From: Defluviitaleaceae bacterium | Lineage (GTDB): Bacteria; Bacillota; Clostridia; Lachnospirales; WRAX01 | Length of the DNA: 64,000 bases | Direction of reading: 5' to 3' | Assembly: GCA_009785555.1 (NCBI GenBank) | Contig: WQWB01000002.1 | Coordinates: forward strand, 2,926 to 66,925 | Part shown: piece by piece, positions 8,808-17,595 of the stretch | Layout: each line of letters opens with the position of its first letter | Position numbering within the stretch: position 1 is the stretch's first letter | The notes under the pieces: generated by a model | What the model saw: the letters and a program-made list of their open reading frames with translations, nothing else | The model's database searches: none | What the model was told of the DNA's origin: nothing | Made by a program: the position numbers and the translations under genes

Positions 8808-8965
8808 TAGAAACACTCAAATTTGAACTTATATCCTTAATTGTATTTATCATTATTACACTGCTTTTTAATCTGTGAAATACAGTACAACTAATATCTT
8901 ACCACTGTTAAACAACTAATATTATAATAACTCAAAGTGCTGATGATACCATGCAAAAATAACAT

Positions 8966-9689
8966 GTGCTGTTAAGCAAAATAGACCGTAAGAAACTCAA
9001 GATGATATTGCTATTAAATAAGTGTTTTCTATGGAAGAAAAGACACAAGCGCAGATACTTCAAGATTCGGACAAAACAGGCGAACGGAGACCGGATCGCA
9101 GACAACATAAGACCATTACAAGCCAAACTCATGAATCAACTCTCCGGAGATGCTCATACTTTTTAATCTGCATAATGCTTTCCTCTGCAGATCCATAACT
9201 CAAGAGGTTTATGCTGCCGTACCAAAAACGAGACGCTGGACATTTGGCTTGTAACAAAATTTAAGCTATTATGATACAATAAAGTTATGGATAAATATAA
9301 CAACATTAAGAAATACAATGCGACAACTTTCAAATCTATGACAGAAATATCGCCTTCAACATTTGAAGAAATAATAGGGGTCACCAAAACAACCTATGCT
9401 AACAAACACAAGCTACCTTTCTATGTTTGATATTTTTTGTGCTTGGAACAAACAAGCGATTAAACTCAAAAACGGCGAAATAACCAAGGATGAATATAAT
9501 AATTGGCGATACAACCACCCCAAAACCGAGGTTAAATATAGCAAAGCTACACTTTTCAATGGACTAAATAATGACCATATAACCTCCAAAACTTTTAATG
9601 AAATTTACATCATAGTTCCTACACCTGGAAAAAGATGTCAATATACACCACATCAGGAACTATTCCAGAGCAAGTCCAATTACCGATAA
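8966..9689 (+). pseudogene. Degraded remnant of a mobile-element-type XRE repressor gene
   Basis: Fragmented frames; 9396..9689 retains WNKQAIKLKNGEITKDEYNNWRYNHP, resembling the C-terminus of XRE proteins on Firmicute integrative elements. Confidence 0.4.
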
Positions 9690-9732
9690 TAATTAACTGG
9701 AAACATCCTCAATTTACTTGTTTGTAGTCAAT

Positions 9733-9773
9733 AAAAAAGAGCTAACCGGCGTTCAAAAGCAGTTAGCTCTTTT
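9733..9773. terminator. Bidirectional intrinsic terminator
   Basis: aaaaaagagctaac...gttagctctttt inverted repeat with A/T tracts on both sides. Confidence 0.7.
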
Positions 9774-9869
9774 CATATGGATTTATAAGCAATGTTGCCA
9801 AATTGATGCCACGACGGTTATCGACAGGCTACAAACTCTGTAAAATCAACATTCTTTACGCAGGTTTTC

Positions 9870-10886
9870 TTACTCCCATTCAATAGTCCCTGGCGGCTTG
9901 GACGTGATATCGTACACGACACGCCCAACGGCCGGTACCTCGGTAATTATCCGCGCTGATATCCGCGCCAAAACGTCGTGAGGGATAGGGGTGTATGTGC
10001 CGGCCATAAAATCCTTCGTATATATGGCGCGCAGGGCGATTACCGCGCCGTAGCGCCGCTCTCCTTCCGCGGACACGCCGACGGACGATAGGCCGGTATG
10101 CACGGCAAAATACTGATCAGGACGCGTAACCAGCGCAAGCACGGAGTGCTGACCAGATACTGGTATCTGCTCAAGCTTTTCTACTTCCCCACGGAAAATT
10201 GCATCAGCTTGGCGTAAAACGCATAGCTTGTCCTCCGTAACCTCGCCCAATACGCGCACGGCAAGGCCGGGGCCGGGGAACGGCTGGCGTGCGTAAAGAT
10301 GCCTGGGCAGACCAAGGACTTTGCCAACCTCACGTATCTCCTCTTTAAGAAGGCCCGCAAGCGGTTCTACCAAACCAGTGAAGCCGATATCCTCCGGCAG
10401 ACCGCCCACGTTATGGTGGGATTTTACGAAGGCCGCGCCTTCCTTGCCCGATTCTACAATATCGGCGTAGTTTGTACCTTGCGCTAGAAAGATTACGTCC
10501 TTTAGCTTCGCGGCTTCCTCGTTAAAAACAGCTACAAACTCCGCACCGATGATTTTGCGCTTTTCCTCCGGGTCTGAAACGCCCGCCAGCTTCGCCAGAA
10601 AGCGCGCGCCAGCGTCCACGCGGATAAAGGTTAGGTCTTTACCTGCGAAGGCCGCCTCGATCTCGTCGCTTTCGTTAAGGCGCATGAGGCCGTGGTCCAC
10701 ATACACGCTAACTAGCTGACCGGGGATGGCCTTTGTAAGAAGCGCCGCACAGACGGACGAGTCCACCCCGCCGGACAGGCCAAGCAAAACGCGTTCTTCC
10801 CCCACTTGCTCACGGATTTTTTTGCATTGAAGTTCTATAAAAGCTTCGACGGTGCTTTCGGTTTTCGCTAAACGGTCTTTTATCAT
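9870..10886 (-). CDS. guaA: GMP synthase, ATP-pyrophosphatase/synthetase part only (no glutaminase domain)
   Basis: LSGGVDSSV PP-loop, KSHHNVGGLP, PFPGPGLAVR, YDITSKPPGTIEWE; start placed at ATG 10886 behind GAGGAG. Confidence 0.88.
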   Translation of the reverse strand: MIKDRLAKTESTVEAFIELQCKKIREQVGEERVLLGLSGGVDSSVCAALLTKAIPGQLVSVYVDHGLMRLNESDEIEAAFAGKDLTFIRVDAGARFLAKLAGVSDPEEKRKIIGAEFVAVFNEEAAKLKDVIFLAQGTNYADIVESGKEGAAFVKSHHNVGGLPEDIGFTGLVEPLAGLLKEEIREVGKVLGLPRHLYARQPFPGPGLAVRVLGEVTEDKLCVLRQADAIFRGEVEKLEQIPVSGQHSVLALVTRPDQYFAVHTGLSSVGVSAEGERRYGAVIALRAIYTKDFMAGTYTPIPHDVLARISARIITEVPAVGRVVYDITSKPPGTIEWE

Positions 10887-10932
10887 TTGAATGCTCCTCA
10901 CACTGCAATATTTATACTCTTTGTTTGAATTT

Positions 10933-11679
10933 TTATACCACGCCAACATAACTTTCCGTATAATTTAACACTGCCAAATACCCTCCGACAGCGTATTTAT
11001 TAAAATATCCTGTCAGCTCCGATATATATGTGCCATAATTTTCATCATTTTCCTTAAGGGCGTACGATGCAGAAAGAGACCGGCCAATAAATCCGTCTAA
11101 ATCAAAGACAAGGTCGTTTTTAAATATTTTGTGTTCGTATGCGCCTATAAAGAAACCATTAAAATCGCTCTCTCTTCCAATTCCGCCGCCGAAACCCTTA
11201 AAGTTAGGACAATATTTTTTATTAATTCTATCACATTCTATTACCGATATATCGCTATAATCGCGGATGTTCCATACGAGGACCACTTTGCCGCCCGGTT
11301 TTATGATACGCCCGCATTCCGCCTTAAATTTTATCTGATCAAACCAATGGTATGCCTGAGCAACAGTGATGAAATCGACACTTACCGCCGCAAGTGCCGT
11401 GGCCTCGGCCGTGCCGTTTATGGAGATGAAGTTTTTATAGGAACTTAATTCTTTTTCCGCAACGGTTCTCATATCACCGTTTGGCTCAACGGCAAGGACT
11501 TTACTGCCGATATTTAATAGCTGCCTCGTAAAAATGCCCGTGCCGGAACCCACATCAGCGACAGTGACAGCATCGTTTACACCGACGGATGTACGCAAGT
11601 ATTCAATAAACCCCGCGGCGTACGTCGGCCGGTACTTTGCATATATACCGCCCATGCCTTCAAACTTCGCTTCGTTCAT
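10933..11679 (-). CDS. Class I SAM-dependent methyltransferase
   Basis: YAKYRPTY, VADVGSGTG, AVEPN, VAQAYHWFD, KPGG. Confidence 0.9.
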   Translation of the reverse strand: MNEAKFEGMGGIYAKYRPTYAAGFIEYLRTSVGVNDAVTVADVGSGTGIFTRQLLNIGSKVLAVEPNGDMRTVAEKELSSYKNFISINGTAEATALAAVSVDFITVAQAYHWFDQIKFKAECGRIIKPGGKVVLVWNIRDYSDISVIECDRINKKYCPNFKGFGGGIGRESDFNGFFIGAYEHKIFKNDLVFDLDGFIGRSLSASYALKENDENYGTYISELTGYFNKYAVGGYLAVLNYTESYVGVV

Positions 11680-11681
11680 AT

Positions 11682-12845
11682 TTATCTAACCTCCTGCCGT
11701 AAATTGTATTGTAGTTTAAGCAACTCCCAATATCCCGGCACAAGGTCAATTCTCAGATCATCAAACAGAAAGCATTGTTGCGGGCAGCCGCAGTACTCAA
11801 CTCCATCAAACTTCCATTTGAATGAATGAGTACAGTTGCCGCCGCCTTTAACCTTATTACAGCACCCGGGGTGGTCTTTCTTAAATTCGTTCCGCACGGT
11901 ATCAGGCATCGCTAAAATGCCGCTCATGGATTTATCAACTTTTGGTAATTTTAAGGAAAGCCTGCCGTACAGCGTCCTCGCGATCCGGGCCGATTTATAA
12001 AAATACTCACCCGCCGCATTGGCTATATTGAATTTTATATCAGGATAACATGTGGAATAATCGTAAAACGTTATGGCGAAATCACGCATTTGCCGTGATT
12101 GTTCCGTTTGGTGAATATTATCAACAACCCATTGCCTAAGCGGGATTTTTGCGCGGTCGGCAGTGATTTTATAATCAAAATGAAACCATGCTTGCCAACC
12201 TTCAAACGGGCTATTTTCGCTCTTTGCGGAACTTGATTTTATTTTACGGACGGCTAAACGTGCGGCAATTTCCGAAAACCAAAGTGTGTCCCAGCATTCA
12301 AAATACAGTTTCATCGTATTCATCATAACCGGATCATCTGGATATTCTACGTCAAAGGTTTCAATATTTTTACTGAAAGGTTTACCGTTAAAATTAGAAA
12401 AGACAAAGCCAAACTCAGTTAGGCGTAATAGGACTTTTTCATACTTGGGAACAGGGCGTTGTATTTCAGCTTCCTCACGGTTACGTCCTTTAATTTGTTT
12501 AAGGAAGTCTTGGACGGGAACGGTCAGGGTATTATTATGTAAATGCGCCGACTTAAAGAGCGCAAACAACGTATCCACCGCACGGCTGACCGTACGGTTA
12601 CCTGCTTTAATAACGTCGCTATCAATTTCTTCGACAGGTACGAGCTTACAGCCGTATCCTTCCGGATTTTTTGCAATATCGCGGTATATGCTTTTGGCAA
12701 GCTCACAAAACTGCGTAAACTTTTTCGAGAAATCAATAGGCAAGCCGCTTGCAAGCGGGTAATCCTCCGGTATTGGAAGGATTGTATTTGCGATTCTTTC
12801 CGCATGTTGTTGGCAATAATATTTGTATCGGCAAGTATATTCCAT
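11682..12845 (-). CDS. Hypothetical protein with Cys-rich C-terminal domain
   Basis: 387-aa ORF packed between co-directional genes; CCNK..GGNC..YCGCPQQC. Confidence 0.7.
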   Translation of the reverse strand: MEYTCRYKYYCQQHAERIANTILPIPEDYPLASGLPIDFSKKFTQFCELAKSIYRDIAKNPEGYGCKLVPVEEIDSDVIKAGNRTVSRAVDTLFALFKSAHLHNNTLTVPVQDFLKQIKGRNREEAEIQRPVPKYEKVLLRLTEFGFVFSNFNGKPFSKNIETFDVEYPDDPVMMNTMKLYFECWDTLWFSEIAARLAVRKIKSSSAKSENSPFEGWQAWFHFDYKITADRAKIPLRQWVVDNIHQTEQSRQMRDFAITFYDYSTCYPDIKFNIANAAGEYFYKSARIARTLYGRLSLKLPKVDKSMSGILAMPDTVRNEFKKDHPGCCNKVKGGGNCTHSFKWKFDGVEYCGCPQQCFLFDDLRIDLVPGYWELLKLQYNLRQEVR

Positions 12846-13661
12846 TTAACTCCCTAGAATTAACCCTTTTAAGATAAATGTGTCAATGCCTATAAAAGCT
12901 ACCAGGGCTAGTAAATAAAACGAGAAATATTTCAGCCTTGCTTTCTTTATAAGTACGAACACAAGATTTATCGCCAAATAACCGGACAATAGGGCAGCGA
13001 GGAATCCGAAGCCTAAAAGCATCCATTGCTCCGCTTCCAACACAATGTATCCTGTCAATAACCCACGCCCCTCTAACGCCGTTGCTCCAATAATGGCGGG
13101 GATTGACAGGAGGAAGATAAACTTTGCCGCATCCTCCCGCTTTAGTTTGCGGAAGAGCGACCCAGTCATCGTCGCGCCTGAGCGGGACACGCCGGGCAGG
13201 ATGGCGACGGCTTGAAACACGCCGATAGTCAGCGCGTCCGCCGCGTTGATATCCTTCATCTCTTTCGTAAGGTGCGTTGGACGCACCGCATCCGCATAAA
13301 AAAGAATCAGAGCGGTAAAAAGGAATGCACCCATTAGGAAAGGCATGGACGTGCGAAACCAGTCCATGCGGCCGGACAGGAATATGCCAGCTGGAATAAT
13401 GGGGATTGTAGCTATCAGAAGCGAAGCCGTAAGCCTAGAAAACGGCTTGCTAATTATCATCCATAAATCTTTGCGCAAAACGAATATTACGGACACAAGA
13501 GTCCCCAAATGGAGGACAATATCAAACAAAAGCGGAAACCCATCCTCCGGGTGGTAGCCGAAGATATTGTGGAAAACGGCTAGGTGGCCGGAGCTTGATA
13601 CAGGGAGAAATTCGGTAACCCCTTGCACTATCCCCAGTATAACTGCTTGTAATGGACTCAT
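12846..13661 (-). CDS. uppP: Undecaprenyl-diphosphate phosphatase (BacA family)
   Basis: GIVQGVTEFLPVSSSGHL, HLGT, PGVSRSGAT, FLLSIPAI. Confidence 0.95.
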   Translation of the reverse strand: MSPLQAVILGIVQGVTEFLPVSSSGHLAVFHNIFGYHPEDGFPLLFDIVLHLGTLVSVIFVLRKDLWMIISKPFSRLTASLLIATIPIIPAGIFLSGRMDWFRTSMPFLMGAFLFTALILFYADAVRPTHLTKEMKDINAADALTIGVFQAVAILPGVSRSGATMTGSLFRKLKREDAAKFIFLLSIPAIIGATALEGRGLLTGYIVLEAEQWMLLGFGFLAALLSGYLAINLVFVLIKKARLKYFSFYLLALVAFIGIDTFILKGLILGS

Positions 13662-13695
13662 TCATACCTCTATGTGATGTCTTATATTATAATGT

Positions 13696-13842
13696 TATAG
13701 AGGAATTACTTTGAAGTAGTGTCAAAATTTAGCTTGTTAAGATTTTGATACTACTTCAAAGTAAAGCTGGGCAACACGCAAGTGTCCCAGCTTGTTCGTA
13801 GAATAGTTACGTATGTAACTATTCTACGAACATTCCTCTATA
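13696..13842. mobile_element. MITE-like element (~147 bp), complete copy
   Basis: Inverted ends TATAGAGGAAT / ATTCCTCTATA; three internal hairpins (13707-13763, 13764-13793, 13793-13832); related copies at 53272, 43677, 5347. Confidence 0.75.
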
Positions 13843-13846
13843 TGTC

Positions 13847-15103
13847 TTAATGCCAAGGATATACCTTCGACCGCCTTACCTGTGCCCGCGTAAAATCTGC
13901 CCCACCGACGATTATCTTATCCTCATCGACAAGCGTAAGCGTCCACCGTTCCTCATCGCCCACTCCCGATCCCGGCAGTAAAATAACAAGTTCGCCGCCA
14001 TCAACATTCCAGCTAAAGATTGCGAAAAGGCCGCCCCAAGAACGAATACCGGATCTATCTAGGTTGAAGGTATAGTACCCGCCAGCCCAATTCCATGTGC
14101 CTATTAGGGCAATGGTGCTTTCACACATATACGGTGCATCGCCTATCCTTACGAACAACGCCCCGCCTATGGTTATAAGCTCTTCTTCTAAAGAAACAAC
14201 AACCCAGCGTTCGTCCCAATCATCGTCAATCTCAAGCACTACTAAGCTGCCGTCCATATACCAGTAAAATTCGTTTCTAACGCCGCTCCAGTCGCGTCTG
14301 CCCGTACCATCCCGGTTAAATATATAGTAACCGAAGTCCCAAATCCATTCCCCATACAAAGTCGATGTTAAAACAGGTGCAGGTGCGTCGCCTATAGGAA
14401 GAGCGTTTAGTTCTCCGCCCAAAACAGCCGTCAAATCAATACGCGACGACGGTACGGCGAAATTAAGAGCTTGATTTCCATTTCCAAAATACATAAATGA
14501 CGTAACGCCCACTAATCGACCGTAAGTATCAAACAACGCGCCACCACTCGAACCCGGGGACGTTGGTGCTGTATGTTGAATTATATCGTGAACTACATAT
14601 ATATCATCCGAAATGAACTCAGGAACAAACCTAGAAACAATGCCCGATGAAAAAGTATTATGGTGTCCGCGCGGACTTCCGATGGCGTAAACGCTGTCAC
14701 CTATATTTAACCCGGAATAATCCCCAATGCTTACAAAATCGAATGTCCGCCTGCCGGCCACGCGTATAATCGCCAAATCGTTATCAATATCGTATGAGTA
14801 ATAACCTAAAATATCAAACTCACGCCCGTTATGCGTTAAGATAAAAGCGTATGGCGCACCCACGATAACATGATGGTTTGTTACGGCGATTCCTGTCTCA
14901 CAAACAAAGAAACCGCTACCCGCATGATAAAACCATTCTCCGCAGGTTGAGGTATATATGGCAAACACAGCGTTTGCATTTTGGGCAAAAATTTGCGGCG
15001 GCGTTAGAGGAGCAGCTTCCGTAATTTCTGCTGATACCGATTTTGTGGCAATAATTAAACACATCAAAGCAAAAGCGGAAATAAGAGCTTTTTTCATAAG
15101 CAT
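13847..15103 (-). CDS. Secreted trypsin-like (S1C) serine protease with two C-terminal Trp-rich repeats
   Basis: Signal peptide; GSGFF, TNHHV, DLAII, PGSSGG triad motifs; duplicated L.G.W.W..GYY.FN.D..G.R.W..GGA.F.R module. Confidence 0.85.
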   Translation of the reverse strand: MLMKKALISAFALMCLIIATKSVSAEITEAAPLTPPQIFAQNANAVFAIYTSTCGEWFYHAGSGFFVCETGIAVTNHHVIVGAPYAFILTHNGREFDILGYYSYDIDNDLAIIRVAGRRTFDFVSIGDYSGLNIGDSVYAIGSPRGHHNTFSSGIVSRFVPEFISDDIYVVHDIIQHTAPTSPGSSGGALFDTYGRLVGVTSFMYFGNGNQALNFAVPSSRIDLTAVLGGELNALPIGDAPAPVLTSTLYGEWIWDFGYYIFNRDGTGRRDWSGVRNEFYWYMDGSLVVLEIDDDWDERWVVVSLEEELITIGGALFVRIGDAPYMCESTIALIGTWNWAGGYYTFNLDRSGIRSWGGLFAIFSWNVDGGELVILLPGSGVGDEERWTLTLVDEDKIIVGGADFTRAQVRRSKVYPWH

Positions 15104-15141
15104 TCTCCTTTCATGCAGCCGTCAAATACAGTTTGCTTTTG

Positions 15142-15262
15142 CAACAAACTGGCGAACTCAGTTCGCCCCTACAACAATCTGGCGAACTCAGTTCGCCCCT
15201 ACAACAATCTGGCGAACTCAGTTCGCCCCTACAACAATCTGGCGAACTCAGTTCGCCCCTAC
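15142..15262. repeat. Tandem array of four GTAG-type REP units (30-bp period)
   Basis: ggcgaactcagttcgcccctac at 15151, 15181, 15211, 15241 with identical linkers aacaatct. Confidence 0.92.
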
Positions 15263-16815
15263 TTGGCGTATTCGCTATGTCTGGTTTCTCTGATTAAATT
15301 GACTTTGATCTGGCCGGGATATTGCACTTCGTCCTCAATCTTCTTCGCCACGTCGCGCGCAAGCCAAACGAGGCCGGCGTCGTCCACCACCTCGGGGATG
15401 ACAATAAGGCGCAGTTCTCGCCCAGCTTGGATGGCAAATGACTTTTCAACGCCATCAAACCCGTCCGCAATCTCTTCTAGTGTATGCAGGCGTTTGATGT
15501 ATGATTCCACCGTTTCGCGCCGTGCGCCAGGTCGTGCGCCGGAAATTGCGTCCGCGCATTGAACGATTACGGATATCATGCCTTGCGGCTCCACGTCTCC
15601 GTGGTGCGCCTCCACGGCGTTAAGGATTATCGGGTTTTCCTTGTATTTTTTAAGGAGAGCGACGCCCAAAGAGACGTGCGTTCCTTCATGTTCGTGATCC
15701 AAAGCCTTACCTATATCATGGAGAAGACCCGCGCGTTTCGCCATCATCACGTCCGCGCCGACCTCGGCGGCTATAAGCCCGCTAAGTATGGAAACCTCCA
15801 CAGAATGGCGCAAAACGTTCTGCCCGTAACTAGTACGGAACTTCATGCGGCCAAGCAAACGCACAACTTCGTTGTGAAGATTATGGACGCCCGTTTCATA
15901 GCACGCGGCTTCGCCTTCCTGGCGGATATTCGCCTCAACTTCTTTTTTGGCTTTCTCCACCATTTCCTCTATACGTGCTGGATGTACGCGCCCGTCGATG
16001 ATAAGCTTCTCAAGTGCAGTCTTTGCGATCTCACGTCGCACCGGGTCAAACCCGGAAAGTATTACAGCCTCTGGTGTATCATCTATAATAAGGTCAACGC
16101 CGGTAAGGCTTTCAATGGCTCGGATGTTGCGCCCCTCGCGGCCGATAATACGGCCTTTCATTTCATCGCTCGGCAATTGGACAACGGATACGCTGGTTTC
16201 GGCGAACTGATCCACTGCACAGCGCTGTATCGCAAGCTCCAGTATCTCAGAAACCTTTTTTTGCGCTTCATCTTTAGTTTTGGCCTCAATCTCGCGCAAG
16301 ACGGTAGCCGACTCAAGCCTGGCATCACTTTCAATAACCGTCATCAGATGATCTTTCGCCTGCTCTTTGGTAAAACCGGAAATGCGCTCCATTTCCTCAA
16401 TATGTTTCTTTAAAACATTGTCAATCTCAACTTTTTGCACGTCAACTGCATCAATCTTTTTTTGCCACTGCTCTTCCTTTTTTTCAAGGGAATCATGCTT
16501 TTTGTCAATTTGTTCTTCTTTTTGCTGAATCCTGCGCTCTTGGCGTTGTATCTCGCCGCGGCGTTCCTTTAATTCCTTCTCAAATTCGTTTTTAAGCCTG
16601 ATACCTTCTTCTTTTGCTTCAAGTAAAATCTCTTTCTTTTTCGATTCCGCCGTCTTCGTAGCTTCCGCAACAATCTCAACAGCCTTTGTTTCCGCAACAC
16701 CAGTCTTGCCTTCAGCCACTTTCTTTCTATACGTAATTCCTATAAAAAACATGGCAACGCCAACAACGGCAACTGCCGCAATTAAAATAAAATGCAACGC
16801 ATTCATTCCATCCAT
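15259..16815 (-). CDS. rny: Ribonuclease Y
   Basis: N-terminal TM helix, coiled coil, KH domain ([16 protein letters not shown]), HD domain (HSVEV, LLHDIGK), [12 protein letters not shown]. Confidence 0.97.
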   Translation of the reverse strand: MDGMNALHFILIAAVAVVGVAMFFIGITYRKKVAEGKTGVAETKAVEIVAEATKTAESKKKEILLEAKEEGIRLKNEFEKELKERRGEIQRQERRIQQKEEQIDKKHDSLEKKEEQWQKKIDAVDVQKVEIDNVLKKHIEEMERISGFTKEQAKDHLMTVIESDARLESATVLREIEAKTKDEAQKKVSEILELAIQRCAVDQFAETSVSVVQLPSDEMKGRIIGREGRNIRAIESLTGVDLIIDDTPEAVILSGFDPVRREIAKTALEKLIIDGRVHPARIEEMVEKAKKEVEANIRQEGEAACYETGVHNLHNEVVRLLGRMKFRTSYGQNVLRHSVEVSILSGLIAAEVGADVMMAKRAGLLHDIGKALDHEHEGTHVSLGVALLKKYKENPIILNAVEAHHGDVEPQGMISVIVQCADAISGARPGARRETVESYIKRLHTLEEIADGFDGVEKSFAIQAGRELRLIVIPEVVDDAGLVWLARDVAKKIEDEVQYPGQIKVNLIRETRHSEYAK

Positions 16816-16907
16816 TTTTCTTTTGTTCCTCTCAATCTATATTAATTTATCCCCACTATCCACGCATAAGAAACCCCACAACGGATATGAAGATAATATT
16901 CACAAAA

Positions 16908-16936
16908 ATTTTACTACATTTTTCGAATTTTGTCAA
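16908..16936 (-). promoter_or_regulatory. Sigma-A promoter of rny
   Basis: Minus strand TTGACA-17 nt-TAAAAT. Confidence 0.7.
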
Positions 16937-16942
16937 GAAAAA

Positions 16943-17491
16943 CTACGACCGAAGCAAAAGCCCAAGTATTTCTGCATATAAATTAGTCACATTTTCACGC
17001 CAATTATTGCAAATTGCCGTAGCCTGCTCGCGCGATACGACAGATAGGTTGATTTCCATCAACGTGATATCATGCTCATACACGCCGCATTTAACGATAT
17101 ATTCACCGCTATCCCTATCGTAAAAAAGATTTGCCGTGGATTCAAAATCCTTTTTGACCGCGTAACGGTTTGCGCCCGCGTATTTTGTAAGTTTCGCCTT
17201 AACGTCACCTGGTACGAGGGCGGAGAACGACTCCAGGGCGTCGCCGCCGTCATCCGTGATCGTATAGTACGACAAACCGCCGCCACCGCTGGATTTTTCC
17301 AAATACCCAACTTCAGCAAGTTCTTGCAGATATACGGTAACCTGCCCACTTTCCATAAGCGCTTCCTCGTACACAAACGCAGATATGCGCTGCATGGACA
17401 AAGGCACGTCAAATTTATCTATCATATATAGCAAAATAATCTTATTCGTCAATTGGGTATCGCTATCCTCCAAGAAACTTTGTTGTATCAT
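16943..17491 (-). CDS. DUF4364 family protein
   Basis: NKIILLYMI..PLS, winged-helix-like N-terminus, EYIVKC..E..LMEI.LSV..REQA..IC.NW..LY pattern. Confidence 0.8.
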   Translation of the reverse strand: MIQQSFLEDSDTQLTNKIILLYMIDKFDVPLSMQRISAFVYEEALMESGQVTVYLQELAEVGYLEKSSGGGGLSYYTITDDGGDALESFSALVPGDVKAKLTKYAGANRYAVKKDFESTANLFYDRDSGEYIVKCGVYEHDITLMEINLSVVSREQATAICNNWRENVTNLYAEILGLLLRS

Positions 17492-17595
17492 CTTTATTTT
17501 TACCCTTCCTGCTGTTTATTGGTTATTCCCCGCCAAAGGCAGCCACCCTCTCGCTTACTGCCGACCGAAAATCGAGCCCCTCCGATGAAGGGGGG

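Larger units (their letters stand above)
1..9869. mobile_element. Probable genomic island (one arm) inserted at the 3' end of the GMP-synthase gene
   Basis: Abrupt shift to AT-richer sequence at the GMP-synthase stop; accessory cargo; paired tgttgcca/tgatgcca repeats at 9793-9811; no integrase in the window. Confidence 0.55.

Noticed and set aside
15142-15262. Possible CRISPR array
   Set aside because: Linkers are 8 bp and identical, there are no unique spacers or cas genes, and the unit recurs elsewhere as a dispersed REP.
14958-15562. ORFs with repeated peptides ([20 protein letters not shown])
   Set aside because: These are translations of the REP array that overlap real genes on the opposite strand.
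15559-16413. 284-aa plus-strand ORF, and similar long antisense ORFs at 18596, 21783, 26652, 33753, 49896, 53671 and 63057
   Set aside because: Shadow frames of well-supported genes, with no recognisable motifs.
17520-17595. GC-rich hairpins (cccctccgatgaagggg) as a riboswitch or fourth repeat family
   Set aside because: Single occurrence in the window and no recognisable aptamer motif.
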